Assembly: GCA_963741205.1 (NCBI GenBank)
Contig: CAVUHW010000031.1
Location: 64,001 to 128,000, forward strand
Reading direction: 5' to 3'
Source of the DNA: Nitrospirota bacterium
GTDB lineage: Bacteria; Nitrospirota; UBA9217
DNA: 64,000 nucleotides
In this document: positions 1-10,978 of the stretch, one piece after another
Position numbering within the stretch: position 1 is the first letter of the stretch
Layout of the letters: each line of letters opens with the position of its first letter
Position numbers and translations under genes: made by a program
Notes under the pieces: generated by a model
What the model was told of the DNA's origin: nothing
The model's input: only the letters and a program-made list of their open reading frames with translations
Database searches by the model: none

Positions 1-561
1 CCCCTTGGTTTCCTCTTCGCCGATGGACAGAAGCCCCACGCGGGGATTGGCGATCTTCAGCAGATACTTCGCATAGACGTCGCCCATGACCGCGAACTGC
101 AGGAGGTGGTTCGGCTTGCAGTCCACGTTCGCACCCATGTCCAGGATGAGGGACGTGCCCTTGATCGTCGGCATGAAGGTGGCAATGGCCGGCCGTTCGA
201 CCCCTTCGAGCTTGCCCAGCACGAAAAGTGACGTGGCCATGGCCGCGCCGGTGTGCCCGGCGCTGATGACGGCGACCGCTTCCCCGCTCTTGACCAGTTC
301 GTTCGCGACGCGGATGGACGAGTCCTTTTTCCTGCGATAGACCGTAACGGGGGAGTCGAGCATGTCCACCACTTCCGTGGCGTTCCGCACCTCGATGGGA
401 AGCGCTTTTGCCTGAGGGTGCTTGGCAAGCTCTTCCCGGACGGCCTGCTCGATGCCCACCAGGATGACGCCGACGCCGAACTCCTTCGCCGCCTGTACCG
501 CCCCCGCGACGACGGCGTGCGGCGCGTTGTCCCCTCCCATCGCATCAACGGCAATCTTCAT
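1..561 (-). CDS. plsX: Phosphate acyltransferase PlsX (runs off the window edge)
   Basis: Manual translation from ATG at 561: MKIAVDAMGGDNAP...SAGHTGA...RPAIAT...LDMGANVD; directly downstream of rpmF. Confidence 0.95.
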   Translation of the reverse strand, partial: MKIAVDAMGGDNAPHAVVAGAVQAAKEFGVGVILVGIEQAVREELAKHPQAKALPIEVRNATEVVDMLDSPVTVYRRKKDSSIRVANELVKSGEAVAVISAGHTGAAMATSLFVLGKLEGVERPAIATFMPTIKGTSLILDMGANVDCKPNHLLQFAVMGDVYAKYLLKIANPRVGLLSIGEEETKG

Positions 562-640
562 AGAGATTCCCTACAATATAAAAGGCAAAGAGACATACCG
601 AGACAACAGTATCATCCCTTTGCCTTTGAGCAAGCGTCCG

Positions 641-826
641 TTATATCTGCTGAACCGTGACGATCTCACGGCCGTTGTAGGTGCCGCACGACAGGCAGGC
701 ATGATGGGGCTTCTTGACCTCCTGGCACTGCGGGCAGACCGCCAGATTCGGGGCCGTGAGTTTTTGTTTTTGGGTGCGCCTCTTGTCCCTTCGGGATTTG
801 GAATGTCTGTGCTTTGGGTTTGCCAT
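641..826 (-). CDS. rpmF: 50S ribosomal protein L32
   Basis: MANPKHRHSKSRRDKRR, CPQC/CLSC zinc ribbon, GTYNGREI. Confidence 0.97.
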   Translation of the reverse strand: MANPKHRHSKSRRDKRRTQKQKLTAPNLAVCPQCQEVKKPHHACLSCGTYNGREIVTVQQI

Positions 827-845
827 GATCTCGTAGAGCTCCTTT

Positions 846-1361
846 TTATTTTTTCAGCAGATCTTTTAACGCCGAAAATGCACCGAAGTCTCCCGGTGCA
901 TTCCGCTGATGACCGCACTCAGTTTTGTTCAGATCAGTTCCACAGACGCTGCAAAGACCCTTGCATTCGGGACTATGGAGCGGAACCATGGGGATGGAGA
1001 TGAGCAGCTGTTCTTTTATAAGATCGACAGGCTCGATTTCATCTCCCTCATAAAACTCCGTATCAAGTTCGCCGCCTGCGAGTTCGTGTTCTGCGGCGGC
1101 GCCGAGGGAGCCCACCGGGGCGAGTTCGATATCCAGCTCGGTGTCGATGGCAAAGGTAAAGCTTTCCAGACATCGGCTGCATTCAAGCACCGGGGCTGAT
1201 CGTATGCTTCCGGTTACGCGCAGGACGCCGCCCGACGCGGGCTTGATGTCGATGACTGCCTGAAACGCTGTCGTTGCTGCTCCCCGATCGAAGAGATCGA
1301 GTTCCTGAGCTAGTTCCAGGGTAAGCCCCTCTGGCGGTATGTCGCTGATTCTGATAGCCAT
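846..1361 (-). CDS. yceD: DUF177/YceD family protein
   Basis: ECSRCL and C-terminal ECKGLCSVCGTDLN motifs; canonical position upstream of rpmF. Confidence 0.92.
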   Translation of the reverse strand: MAIRISDIPPEGLTLELAQELDLFDRGAATTAFQAVIDIKPASGGVLRVTGSIRSAPVLECSRCLESFTFAIDTELDIELAPVGSLGAAAEHELAGGELDTEFYEGDEIEPVDLIKEQLLISIPMVPLHSPECKGLCSVCGTDLNKTECGHQRNAPGDFGAFSALKDLLKK

Positions 1362-1391
1362 TTCTTTTGCTCCAGGGGCTGTAAGTGACGA

Positions 1392-1420
1392 ATTATATAG
1401 AGAAGCTCGCGATTTGTCAA
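1392..1420 (-). promoter_or_regulatory. Sigma-70 promoter of yceD-rpmF-plsX
   Basis: Reverse strand reads TTGACA-17 nt-TATAAT, a perfect consensus. Confidence 0.85.
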
Positions 1421-1474
1421 GAAAAAATACCGCGAAGGCCGGGAGTCGGAGGAAAAAGAGCAGGTCTGATTTAA

Positions 1475-2688
1475 CTTCTCCGCCGGGAATTCCCCGTCTG
1501 TTAGGGCGGGGATGAAAGGAGGTTATTCGCGTACCTACAAATACCGCCTCTATCCTCCGAGAAATCAGGTCGCATACCGATCGTCCCTCGAATCTGCCGC
1601 ATTTTCTACAACTCCTGCCTTGCCGACCGCCGCAACCATTACCAGAGAACCGGCAAAGGCCTCTCCCGTATTCGTCAGCAGGAAATTCTCCGGGCTGACA
1701 AGAAGCGGATAGGCGCCCTAACCGGCGTTCATTCCCAGGTTCTGCAGGACGTGCTCTTTAGGGTAGACCGCGCCTTCCAGTCCTTCTTCCGGAGGGTAAA
1801 GGACAAAAGCGTCAAGGCGGGCTATCCCCGGTACAAAAGCGATGGCCGGTACGACTCCATCTGTTATCCTCAGGAACCGGGCTTTGAACTTACCCCGCTG
1901 GGCCTCAGGCTTTCCAGGATAGGAACGGTCAAGATCCGTCTCCACCGCGCTCTTTCTGGGACCGTGAAGACCTGCACCATACGCCGGGATGCCGGCAACT
2001 GGTACGCATGCTTTTCCGTGGAGTTGGAGCCCGTCATCGTTCCCGTCCCCGAAGATCACATCGGCATCGATGTCGGCATAAAATCCTTTGCCGTTTTCTC
2101 AGACGGCACTGTGATAGAGAACCCGCGGCACCTTCGCAAATCCGAGAAGAAACTGGCGCATAAGCAGCGTCGCCTGTCCGGCAAAAAGAAGGGCTCCTCG
2201 AACCGGGGGAAAGCGAGACAGTCCCTTGCTAAGCTCCATCTCAAGGTCCGTAACCAGCGGGCGGATTTTCACCACAAGCTCTCGCGTAAGGTCGTAGACA
2301 GATACGGCTTTATAGCTGTCGAGGACCTGAACATACAGGGTATGGTAAGGAACCGTTGTCTTGCCAAAGTCATTTCCGATGCCGGGTGGGGTCAATTTCT
2401 CCGTTTCCTTGCGTACAAAGCTGAAAACGCTGGTTGCAGGGTGGAGAGTGTACCGGCCCGTGATACAAGCATCATGTGCAGCAGGTGCGAACGGCGCGTT
2501 CCCAAATCGCTTTCGGACAGGGTCCACGCTTGTCCGTACTGCGGTCTGATACTTGACCGGGACCACAACGCTGCGGAAAACATTCTTGGTAGGGCGGGGA
2601 CCGCCCGAATCAACGCCTGCGGAGAAGCGGTGCTACAAGGCCCTTCGCTGATGCAGGAAGCCGCGTCCGTAAGGGCGCGGTAGTTCAC
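1475..2688 (+). mobile_element. IS200/IS605-family element carrying tnpB only (IS1341-like)
   Basis: Left-end hairpin 1491-1512 (TCCCCGTCT-GTTA-GGGCGGGGA); right-end hairpin 2661-2680 followed by TAGTTCAC; tnpB inside, no tnpA; left boundary inferred after TTTAA at 1470-1474. Confidence 0.85.
1512..2683 (+). CDS. tnpB: RNA-guided endonuclease TnpB (frameshift near 1590)
   Basis: N-terminal RTYKYRLYP...CRIFYN; RuvC motifs GIDVG, VEDL, DRDHNAA; zinc finger CSRC/CPYC. Confidence 0.93.
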
Positions 2689-4070
2689 TTGTTTTCCGTT
2701 GTAAGACGGACGGCGTCGTAGACAATGTCCGTCATGCGCTTCAGGTCCTTGAGGGTAATCGAGAGCGGCGGCATGAGCACGATGACGTTGCCGAGCGGCC
2801 GGATGATAAGCCCCTGCTTGCGGCATTCGAGGGCCACGCGGATGCCGAGCTTCTCTTTCAGGGGATATGTTTCTTTTGTCTCTCTGTCTTTCACCAGTTC
2901 GATGCCTATCATGAACCCGCGCTGTCTCACCTCTCCCGCGTGTTCCAGTTTGCGGAACCGCTCCAGTTCTTTCGCAAGCCATGCTATTTTGGGCCGGAGC
3001 CTGGTCAGCGTCTTTTCCCGCTGAAAAAGATCTATGTTCGCTATGGCCGCCGAGCAGGCAAGGGGGTTCCCGGTATAGGTATGGCCGTGGAAAAAGGTCC
3101 TTAATTCGTGATGATCACCGAGGAAACCGCGGTAGACATCCTCGGTAGTTAGCGTCGCGGCAAGCGGAAGGTAGCCGCCCGTAAGCCCCTTGGCAACGCA
3201 CAGGATGTCCGGAGAGACGCCTTCGTGCTCGCAGGCGAACATCCTGCCGGTCCTGCCGAAGCCGGTCGCGACCTCGTCGGCGATCATCAGGATATTGTAT
3301 TTGGTGCACAGTTCCCGGATCTTTTTCAGGAACCCCGGCGGCTGCATGAGCATGCCTGCCGCGCCCTGCACAAGGGGTTCGATGATCAGGGCCGCTGTCA
3401 CGGAGGCGTACTTCTGGATGATCCTCTCCGTATGCACGAAACACGTCTTCAGGCATTCCGGATGGCTCAGTCCATAGGTGCACCGGTAGCAATGGGGAGA
3501 CGGTATTTTGCGGGTCTGAAACAGGAGCGGTTTGTAGATCGCATGAAAGAGATCGATCCCTCCCACGCTTACGGACCCGATCGTGTCGCCGTGATATGCC
3601 TCGGAGAATGAAAGGTAACCGGTTTTTTTCTGGTGCCCGGGGCTCTTCTGCTGCCAGTATTGAAAAGCGATTTTCAGCGCGATCTCGACGGCGGTGGACC
3701 CGCTGTCGGAATAGAAGACCTTGGCGAGGCCCTTGGGCGCGATCTTGACCAGTTTTTCGGCTAGGAGAACTGCCGGCACGTTCGAAAGCCCGAGCAGGGT
3801 GGAGTGGGCGATCTTGTCGAGCTGCGCGGCGACGGCCCTGTTCAGTTCTTTTTTCCGGTGGCCGTGGACCGTGACCCAGAGCGAGGACACCCCGTCGAGA
3901 TAGGTCTTCCCGTTCACATCGGTGAGGGTGCTCCCTTCTCCGCTCTCGATGATGATCTGCGGTTCTTTTTCCCAGTCCTGCATCTGCGTAAAGGGATGCC
4001 AGATGTATTTTTTGTCCAGTTTTCCCAAACGATCAGCGATGATCTGTTTTTTTGTACGTTTCGACTGCAA
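2685..4070 (-). CDS. bioA: Adenosylmethionine-8-amino-7-oxononanoate aminotransferase
   Basis: IWHPFTQM, DGVSSLW, SDSGSTAVE, YHGDT, DEVATGFGRTG, AKGLTGGY, HGHTYTGNP. Confidence 0.96.
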   Translation of the reverse strand: MQSKRTKKQIIADRLGKLDKKYIWHPFTQMQDWEKEPQIIIESGEGSTLTDVNGKTYLDGVSSLWVTVHGHRKKELNRAVAAQLDKIAHSTLLGLSNVPAVLLAEKLVKIAPKGLAKVFYSDSGSTAVEIALKIAFQYWQQKSPGHQKKTGYLSFSEAYHGDTIGSVSVGGIDLFHAIYKPLLFQTRKIPSPHCYRCTYGLSHPECLKTCFVHTERIIQKYASVTAALIIEPLVQGAAGMLMQPPGFLKKIRELCTKYNILMIADEVATGFGRTGRMFACEHEGVSPDILCVAKGLTGGYLPLAATLTTEDVYRGFLGDHHELRTFFHGHTYTGNPLACSAAIANIDLFQREKTLTRLRPKIAWLAKELERFRKLEHAGEVRQRGFMIGIELVKDRETKETYPLKEKLGIRVALECRKQGLIIRPLGNVIVLMPPLSITLKDLKRMTDIVYDAVRLTTENK

Positions 4071-4264
4071 AAAAGTACCTCCCGCGTTATTTTAGCGCGT
4101 CATATTGTCCGGTCGGTATTATAGTGAACAGGTATTTTTTGTCAATAATAAAAAGTGCTTGAAAGAACTCGCATCTTTCTGGTAATATAATCGAATCAGA
4201 TACAACGTATGAGTGCATACCATGTCGATGAGGTGTTTCACTGTTCCGGAGGACTTTAGCAACC

Positions 4265-5766
4265 ATGCTCAATAAGAAGAGGGTTTATGCATCGGCGGCT
4301 ATCATGCTTGCAGTTGGCGTGGTCGTGGGACTTGTTCTGTCCTCTCACCTCGGTATCATGTCTCAGCTTCCCGCCAAGAACCAGATATCGCCCAAATCGG
4401 TCGATATCCTTACGCAGATCTCAGAGGCCCAGTCCGAGGTTGCGGCGGTAGCAATGCCGTCGGTCGTCAATATATCGACGACGCGGGTAATCAAATCGCG
4501 CGAGGAAGCGCCCTTTGACCTTTTTGACGACCCGTTTTTCAGGAGGTTTTTCGGCGATCAATTGCCCCGGCCCAATGCGCCGAAAGAGCACAAGGAACAG
4601 AGTCTGGGTTCGGGCGTCATCGTCTCCGAGGACGGTTATATCGTAACAAACAACCACGTTATCGAGAAGGCGCAGGAAATCAAGGTGCTGCTTTTAAACA
4701 AGAAGGACTATACGGCGAAACTGATCGGCGCGGACCCGAAGACCGACATCGCCGTCATCAAGATAGACGCCAAAGGGTTGCCGGCGCTTACCTGGGGGGA
4801 TTCCAATAAGCTGAAGGTGGGCGAGATCGTGTTTGCGATCGGGAACCCCTTCGGTTTGAACCAAACCGTGACCAGGGGCGTGATCAGCGCGGTCGGGCGC
4901 GCGAATGTGGGCATAGCCGACTATGAGGATTTCATCCAGACGGATGCGGCAATCAATCCCGGCAACTCCGGAGGGGCGCTGATCAATGCCCGGGGCGAGC
5001 TCATCGGCATCAATACCGCCATCCTGTCCCGGACGGGAGGTTATCAGGGCATCGGGTTCGCCGTGCCAAGCAGTATGGCCCAGCAGGTGATGGACAGCCT
5101 GGTGAAATATAAAAAAGTCGTGCGCGGCTGGCTCGGCGTCAGCATTCAGGACGTCACCTCGGACCTTGCCGAGGAATTCGGTGTCAAAGACCTCAAGGGC
5201 GCCCTCGTCTCCGGAGTCATGAAGGGCAGTCCGGCGGAAAAAGCGGGAATTAAGCAGGGCGACGTCATCCTCCAATATCAACGGCAAGTCCGTCGAAGAT
5301 ACGGGCCATCTGCGGAACATGGTGTCGCAGACTCCGATCGGCTCCAAGGTGAAAGTCACCGTTCTTCGGCAGAAGAAAGAACTTGAGCTGATGGTGGTCG
5401 TTGCCGAGTTGCCCAAGAAAATGGCGGAGACCTCGCCCGGGGAAGGGGAGTCCGGAGAGGCGCAGGAAGAGGAAAGCACCGTATCTCAGCGGGATGAGCG
5501 TCCGGGAGCTCACCCCGGATCTTGCCGGCCGCTTCGGCATTGAGGAAAGCGAAAAGGGCGTTGTTGTCATAAAAGTGGAAGCCGGCAGCAGAATCTACGA
5601 AGCGGGGGTCCGGCCCGGCGACATCATTCTCCAGATCAACCAGAAAAACGTCACGTCGCTTGAAGACTATAAAAAAATCGCTTCGAAGATAAAAGCTAAA
5701 GAGAGAATACTGCTCCTCATACGAAGGAAGGGTCAGGACCTGTTCGTATCCGTCAAGCCGGAATAG
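4265..5766 (+). CDS. degP: DegP/HtrA (Do family) serine protease with two PDZ domains; frameshifts near 5281 and 5478
   Basis: N-terminal membrane segment, catalytic triad motifs TNNHV, TDIAV, GNSGG; PDZ segments continue in adjacent frames. Confidence 0.92.
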
Positions 5767-5999
5767 CTTGGGATCAAATACGAAGCACACAATCTCAAGC
5801 GTCATAGAACGACCACTATTCAAACTGAAAACAAAGTTGAAGACTGTTTTAAACATTGGGGTTCCTGTTTGGCATTGATTGGGGAACGTAATTTGGTCTT
5901 TGACCGTTAACGCTATTCGAGCCCTCCGAAGCCCTATTGACGCAACAGTTCAACGTATTCATATATTATATTGCACGAAAAGGAGGTGAGAAAAGAACG

Positions 6000-7056
6000 A
6001 TGGGACTTATCCTTATCCGTATATTATTTATTTGTTTAGGCACCCTGCTCGGGTATCTACGTTTCCACGCAGCTGTATGATCAGGTGAGCAAACTCGAGG
6101 GGATGGCCGTCGGGTTCAGCGTCGCGGTGTTGATCATCCTTACGGAATTTCTGTTCAGACGGGTCTCATTAAAGGTCATTGTCGGCGGTATTCTCGGTTT
6201 TATCCTCGGGTTGACATCGGCGAACATCATAGCGGCGCCCCTCAAGCTCGTGCCGCTTGAGAGGAGCATCGTGAATTTCATCCTGCTCCTCATGAACGGT
6301 TTTTTCGGATACATCGGCATTACCATCGGGATCAGGGAGGGGGAGCGCTTCAATCCCGCGAATATCAAAAAGCTGTTCAAGAGCGGCGCGGAAGAGAACA
6401 TCAAGATCATGGACACCAGCGTGATCATCGACGGCAGGATCGCGGACGTCTGCGAGACGGAGTTCCTGGACGGCACGATCGTCATCCCGCAGTTTATCCT
6501 GCATGAACTGCAGCACATCGCCGATTCCTCGGATTCCCTGAAACGGGCGCGGGGCAGGCGGGGACTCGATATCCTTCACCGCATCCAGAAGATGAGCCAC
6601 ATGGAGGTCCGGATCACCGAGGAGGACTTTCCGAAGATCCGCGAGGTCGACAGCAAACTGATAGCCCTGGCCAAAAAACTGGGCGCCAAGGTCATCACGA
6701 ACGACTTCAATCTCAACAAGGTCGCGGAGCTCCAGGGCGTCAAGGTGCTCAATATCAACGACCTCTCGAACGCCGTGAAACCGGTCGCCCTTCCCGGCGA
6801 GAGCATGCGGGTGTTCGTACTGAAAGAAGGGAAAGAGGCCGGACAGGGGGTGGCCTACCTGGATGACGGCACGATGATCGTCGTGGAGAACGGACGGAAG
6901 TATATCAACAAGAACGTCGACGTGGCGGTCACGAGCGTGCTCCAGACCGCGGCCGGGAGAATGATCTTCACGAAGCTGAAGGAGGACATAGAGCATGACC
7001 TTCAGACCGGCGGAACGATAATAGAGGCAAGCACCAAATATCAGAGCATCAAATAA
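6000..7056 (+). CDS. Membrane PIN/TRAM domain protein (YacL-like); frameshift near 6055
   Basis: AGGAGG before ATG 6000; TM helices, [45 protein letters not shown]. Confidence 0.9.
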
Positions 7057-7150
7057 CAAATAAATTGCAAAGTGACAAAATTCGACGTTGAGGAAATTGG
7101 AATTCATATTTGGATATTATTTGGAATTTGTGATTTGGGATTTGGAATTT
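7029..7150. repeat. Degenerate heptamer-periodic inverted array (CAAATnn ... TTGGnAT)
   Basis: caaatatcagagcatcaaataacaaat ... ttggaatttgtgatttgggatttggaattt; the left arm overlaps the end of the PIN/TRAM CDS. Confidence 0.6.
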
Positions 7151-7168
7151 GAATTTACGGGAGGTTTC

Positions 7169-7913
7169 ATGTCAGGTCATTCAAAATGGGCAACGACGAA
7201 ACACAAGAAAGCCGCCACCGATGCGAAACGCGGCAAGAGCTTTCACCAAGCTTGCCAAGGAAATCACGGTCGCGGCCAAGCTGGGCGGCGGCGATCCCGG
7301 CGGGAACCCGAGGCTTCGGACCGCGATCGCCAAGGCGAAGGCGGTCAGCCTGCCCGCCGAAAATATCAAGCGCGCGATCCAGAAGGGCACGGGTGAATTG
7401 CCGGGCGTCTCCTACGAGGAGATAATCTACGAAGGATACGGACCGGGCGGCGTGGCGGTGATTTGCGAGGTCATGACCGACAACCGGAACAGGACCGTGT
7501 CCGAGATCCGCAATATTTTCAGCAAGGCCGGCGGCAACATGGGCGAGGCAGGCTGCGTTTCCTGGATGTTCCATAAAAAGGGGTATATCGTGGTCAGCGC
7601 CGCAAAGGCCGACGAGGACAAGCTCATGACCCTGGCGCTTGACGCGGGCGCCGAGGACATGCAGACCGAGGACGATAATTTTGTGATCACGACGGCCCCG
7701 AACGATTTCGAGAAGGTGAAGAAGGCGCTCGAGGACGCGGGCGTGCCCCTGGATGTCGCGGAGGTCACCATGGTCCCGCAGACCTACGTGAAGCTCGACG
7801 GCAAGGAAGCGCAGCAGATGCTGCGTCTCGTGGAGACGCTGGAAGACAACGACGATGTCCAGAACGTGTATGCAAACTTCGATATTCCCGAAGAGATCAT
7901 GAACGCGGTGTAG
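7169..7913 (+). CDS. yebC: YebC/PmpR family protein; frameshift near 7240
   Basis: MSGHSKWA...YEGYGPGG...TDNRNRT...[10 protein letters not shown]. Confidence 0.95.
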
Positions 7914-7934
7914 CGCAGCGGCATGCTTCGCATG

Positions 7935-8008
7935 CGAATTGAGATTGGAAACTTAAATTGCAAATTGGGCGTAGTTTCTCCGTTCTCAATTTCAATTTTC
8001 AATTTCCT
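7935..8008. repeat. Heptamer-periodic inverted array (AAATTGn ... CAATTTn)
   Basis: gaattgagattggaaacttaaattgcaaattg ... ctcaatttcaattttcaatttc between yebC and ruvC. Confidence 0.55.
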
Positions 8009-8026
8009 GATCCGACGGGGGGTCGT

Positions 8027-8584
8027 ATGAGGGTACTGGGGATTGATCCGGGGACGCTGACAAGCGGATACGGGATCGTGGCGGAAGAGGACCACAAACT
8101 GTTCCATGTCGTCTCGGGCGGCATCAGCCCGTCCGCCAAGCAGCCGTTTCCAAAGCGGCTCAAGAAAATCTACGAGGAGCTTGAGAAGATCATCGATGCC
8201 TACCGGCCTCATGTCGTGGTGGTCGAGGACCTCTTCGTTTCGAAGAACATCCAATCGGCGCTCAAGCTGGGGCATGCGCGCGGGGTCGCCATCCTGGCGG
8301 CCATGAACGCCGGACTCCCGGTGTTCGAATACGCGCCGCTGGAAGTGAAACAGGCGGTGGTGGGCCATGGAAAGGCCGAGAAAAAGCAGGTGCAGATCAT
8401 GGTCAAGGCCCTGCTGGACCTCCCGAAAGTCCCCCATCCGGCGGACGCTGCGGATGCGCTTGCCGCCGCGATCTGCCATATCCATTCATCGAGGCTGAAG
8501 GAAATACTCAAAAATTCGTCGTCTCTGCGTCAGCCGGCCAGAAGCTTGAGCGCCCTCAAGGGCGCCGGCGGCCGCAGGACTTAG
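8027..8584 (+). CDS. ruvC: Crossover junction endodeoxyribonuclease RuvC
   Basis: MRVLGIDPG, VEDLF, LGHARG, DAADALA. Confidence 0.96.
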   Translation: MRVLGIDPGTLTSGYGIVAEEDHKLFHVVSGGISPSAKQPFPKRLKKIYEELEKIIDAYRPHVVVVEDLFVSKNIQSALKLGHARGVAILAAMNAGLPVFEYAPLEVKQAVVGHGKAEKKQVQIMVKALLDLPKVPHPADAADALAAAICHIHSSRLKEILKNSSSLRQPARSLSALKGAGGRRT

Positions 8585-8594
8585 GCGAGATGAG

Positions 8595-9197
8595 ATGATT
8601 GCTTCGATTTCCGGCAAACTCAGGCGCAAAGGCACCGATTATCTGATCGTTGATGTCTCCGGCGTCGGGTACCAGGTCCAGGTCCCTCTTTCCACCTACT
8701 GCGGCATCCCTGAAAAAGGCGATGACGTCAGTCTCCATATTCACACCCATCTGCGCGAGGATTCGCTCTCGCTTTTCGGTTTTCTGACCGAGGCTGAAAA
8801 GGACATGTTCCTGCTCCTCATGGGAGTTTCGGGCATCGGTCCGAAGCTCGCGCTTGCCATTCTCTCCAGCCTGTCCGTGGCGGACCTTTCCTGCGCCATC
8901 CGGACTTCGGACGATGCCAAACTCTGCGCCATCCCCGGCATCGGGAAAAAGACCGCCGCGCGGATGGTGCTCGAACTCAAGGACAAGATAAAGCTTCTTG
9001 CGCCGTCATTAACGGCGTCTTCGTCCGCGACCGCCGCCGGATCCGACGATGTCGAGGATGTTATATCGGCGCTCGTGGGTCTCGGATACAAAAAACCGCA
9101 GGCGGAAGAAACGGTCAGAAAGATCAAGGACAAGCGACCCGGCCTTGCGATCGAAGAGCTGATCAGGGAAGCACTTTCCGTTTTAATGAAACGATAG
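8595..9197 (+). CDS. ruvA: Holliday junction branch migration protein RuvA
   Basis: [28 protein letters not shown]. Confidence 0.96.
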   Translation: MIASISGKLRRKGTDYLIVDVSGVGYQVQVPLSTYCGIPEKGDDVSLHIHTHLREDSLSLFGFLTEAEKDMFLLLMGVSGIGPKLALAILSSLSVADLSCAIRTSDDAKLCAIPGIGKKTAARMVLELKDKIKLLAPSLTASSSATAAGSDDVEDVISALVGLGYKKPQAEETVRKIKDKRPGLAIEELIREALSVLMKR

Positions 9198-9234
9198 AAC
9201 ACGATTGGACCGGCCGGAGAAGAGGCAACGACTG

Positions 9235-10254
9235 ATGCCGAAGAGAATCATAGAGCCGGAACAAAATGATGACGACGTCCAGCTCGACAGGAGCCTGAGG
9301 CCGCTCCGCTTCGATGATTTCGTGGGGCAGGACAGGATCAAGGAGAACCTGCGTGTTTTCATCGATGCGGCCAAGGGCAGGGGCGAGGCGCTCGACCACG
9401 TGCTGTTCTGCGGCCCTCCGGGGCTCGGCAAAACCACGCTTGCAAACATCATTGCGCACGAGCTCGGGGTCGGCATCAAGGCGACATCGGGTCCCGTGCT
9501 CGAACGCGCGGGCGATCTGGCCGCCATTCTGACCAATCTGCAGGAGCATGATGTCCTGTTCATCGACGAGATACACCGTCTGAACCGGGTCGTGGAGGAG
9601 ATCCTCTATCCGGCCATGGAGGATTTTCAGCTCGATATCATCATCGGGCAGGGGCCGGGCGCCCGCTCCATCAAGCTCGATCTGCCGCACTTCACCCTCG
9701 TCGGGGCCACGACCCGGACGGGGCTTCTCACCTCTCCGCTTCGCGACCGCTTCGGCGTGATCGACCGGCTCGGTTTTTACGAGCCCGGTGAACTCGTAAA
9801 GATCGTACGGCGTTCCGCGGAACTGCTCCGCACCGTCATCGATCCCGCGGCTGCCGCTGAAATAGCCCGCCGTTCCCGGGGGACCCCGCGGATAGCCAAT
9901 CGCCTGCTCAGGCGGGTGAGGGACTTTGCCCAGGTCCAGGGGGACGGGACCATAACTCCCGCTCTCGCCGCAAGCTCCATGAAGAGACTCGAGGTGGACG
10001 AAAAGGGGTTTGACCACATGGACCGGAAGTTGCTGCTTACGATCATCGACAAGTTCGAGGGGGGGCCCGTGGGGCTCGATACGCTTGCAGCCGCGCTCAA
10101 CGAGGAAAAGGACACCCTCGAAGACGTGTATGAGCCGTTCCTGATCCAGGAAGGCTTCCTCGACCGCACCCCGCGGGGAAGGCAGGCGACGCGTCTGGCT
10201 TACGAATATTTCGGCAGAAAAAAACCGGCATCGGCGCAGGAAAGGCTGTTGTAA
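9235..10254 (+). CDS. ruvB: Holliday junction branch migration helicase RuvB
   Basis: [36 protein letters not shown]. Confidence 0.97.
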   Translation: MPKRIIEPEQNDDDVQLDRSLRPLRFDDFVGQDRIKENLRVFIDAAKGRGEALDHVLFCGPPGLGKTTLANIIAHELGVGIKATSGPVLERAGDLAAILTNLQEHDVLFIDEIHRLNRVVEEILYPAMEDFQLDIIIGQGPGARSIKLDLPHFTLVGATTRTGLLTSPLRDRFGVIDRLGFYEPGELVKIVRRSAELLRTVIDPAAAAEIARRSRGTPRIANRLLRRVRDFAQVQGDGTITPALAASSMKRLEVDEKGFDHMDRKLLLTIIDKFEGGPVGLDTLAAALNEEKDTLEDVYEPFLIQEGFLDRTPRGRQATRLAYEYFGRKKPASAQERLL

Positions 10255-10435
10255 CACTGCAGCGACACTTTTTTATCATTCCCGCCTGCGCCCGGCGCTG
10301 ACGAGTGCGATAGCGCGAGTGCAGGGTGAATCTCTCGGGAGTCCATTTTTTTCGTAACTACTCAGGACCTGAAAACCATAATCTCAGACGAAGGCACAGA
10401 GCACACGAGGAAACACCAAAAATCCATTTTGATCT

Positions 10436-10978
10436 ATGAATATCCTTCTTCATATCTGCTGCGCTCCCTGCGCACTCTATCCCTTCTTCCGGCTCAGGGA
10501 GGAAGGGCTGGAACCCGCGGGTTATTTCTACAACCCCAACATTCATCCCTATCTGGAGTACCGCAAGAGGCTTGACACGGTAAAGGAATTTGCGGGCCGC
10601 GTCGGGCTCGAGGTTACCTATCGGGACGGCTACGACCTAGATCTCTTTCTGATCCGTGTCGCGGGCAAAGGGACCCTGCGGTGTGAACAATGTTACCGGA
10701 TAAGACTGGACGCGGCCGGAGCCGCGGCCCGGGAAAAAGGGTTTCGCACGTACACGACCTCGCTCCTGTACAGCAAATATCAAAAGCACGACCTGATAGC
10801 GGGCATCGGGCGCGAGATGGGGGCCGAGCACGGGGTGGAATTCTATTATGAAGATTTCCGACGCGGGTGGCGCGAGGGAATCGTCGAGTCCAAGGCCATG
10901 GGCCTCTACCGCCAGCAGTACTGCGGATGTATCTACAGCGAGCGGGACCGGTATCGCAAAGGTCAGGACCGGGACTGA
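10436..10978 (+). CDS. queH: Epoxyqueuosine reductase QueH (DUF208)
   Basis: LLHICCAPC, FYNPNIHP, RCEQCY, LYRQQYCGCIYS. Confidence 0.92.
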   Translation: MNILLHICCAPCALYPFFRLREEGLEPAGYFYNPNIHPYLEYRKRLDTVKEFAGRVGLEVTYRDGYDLDLFLIRVAGKGTLRCEQCYRIRLDAAGAAAREKGFRTYTTSLLYSKYQKHDLIAGIGREMGAEHGVEFYYEDFRRGWREGIVESKAMGLYRQQYCGCIYSERDRYRKGQDRD

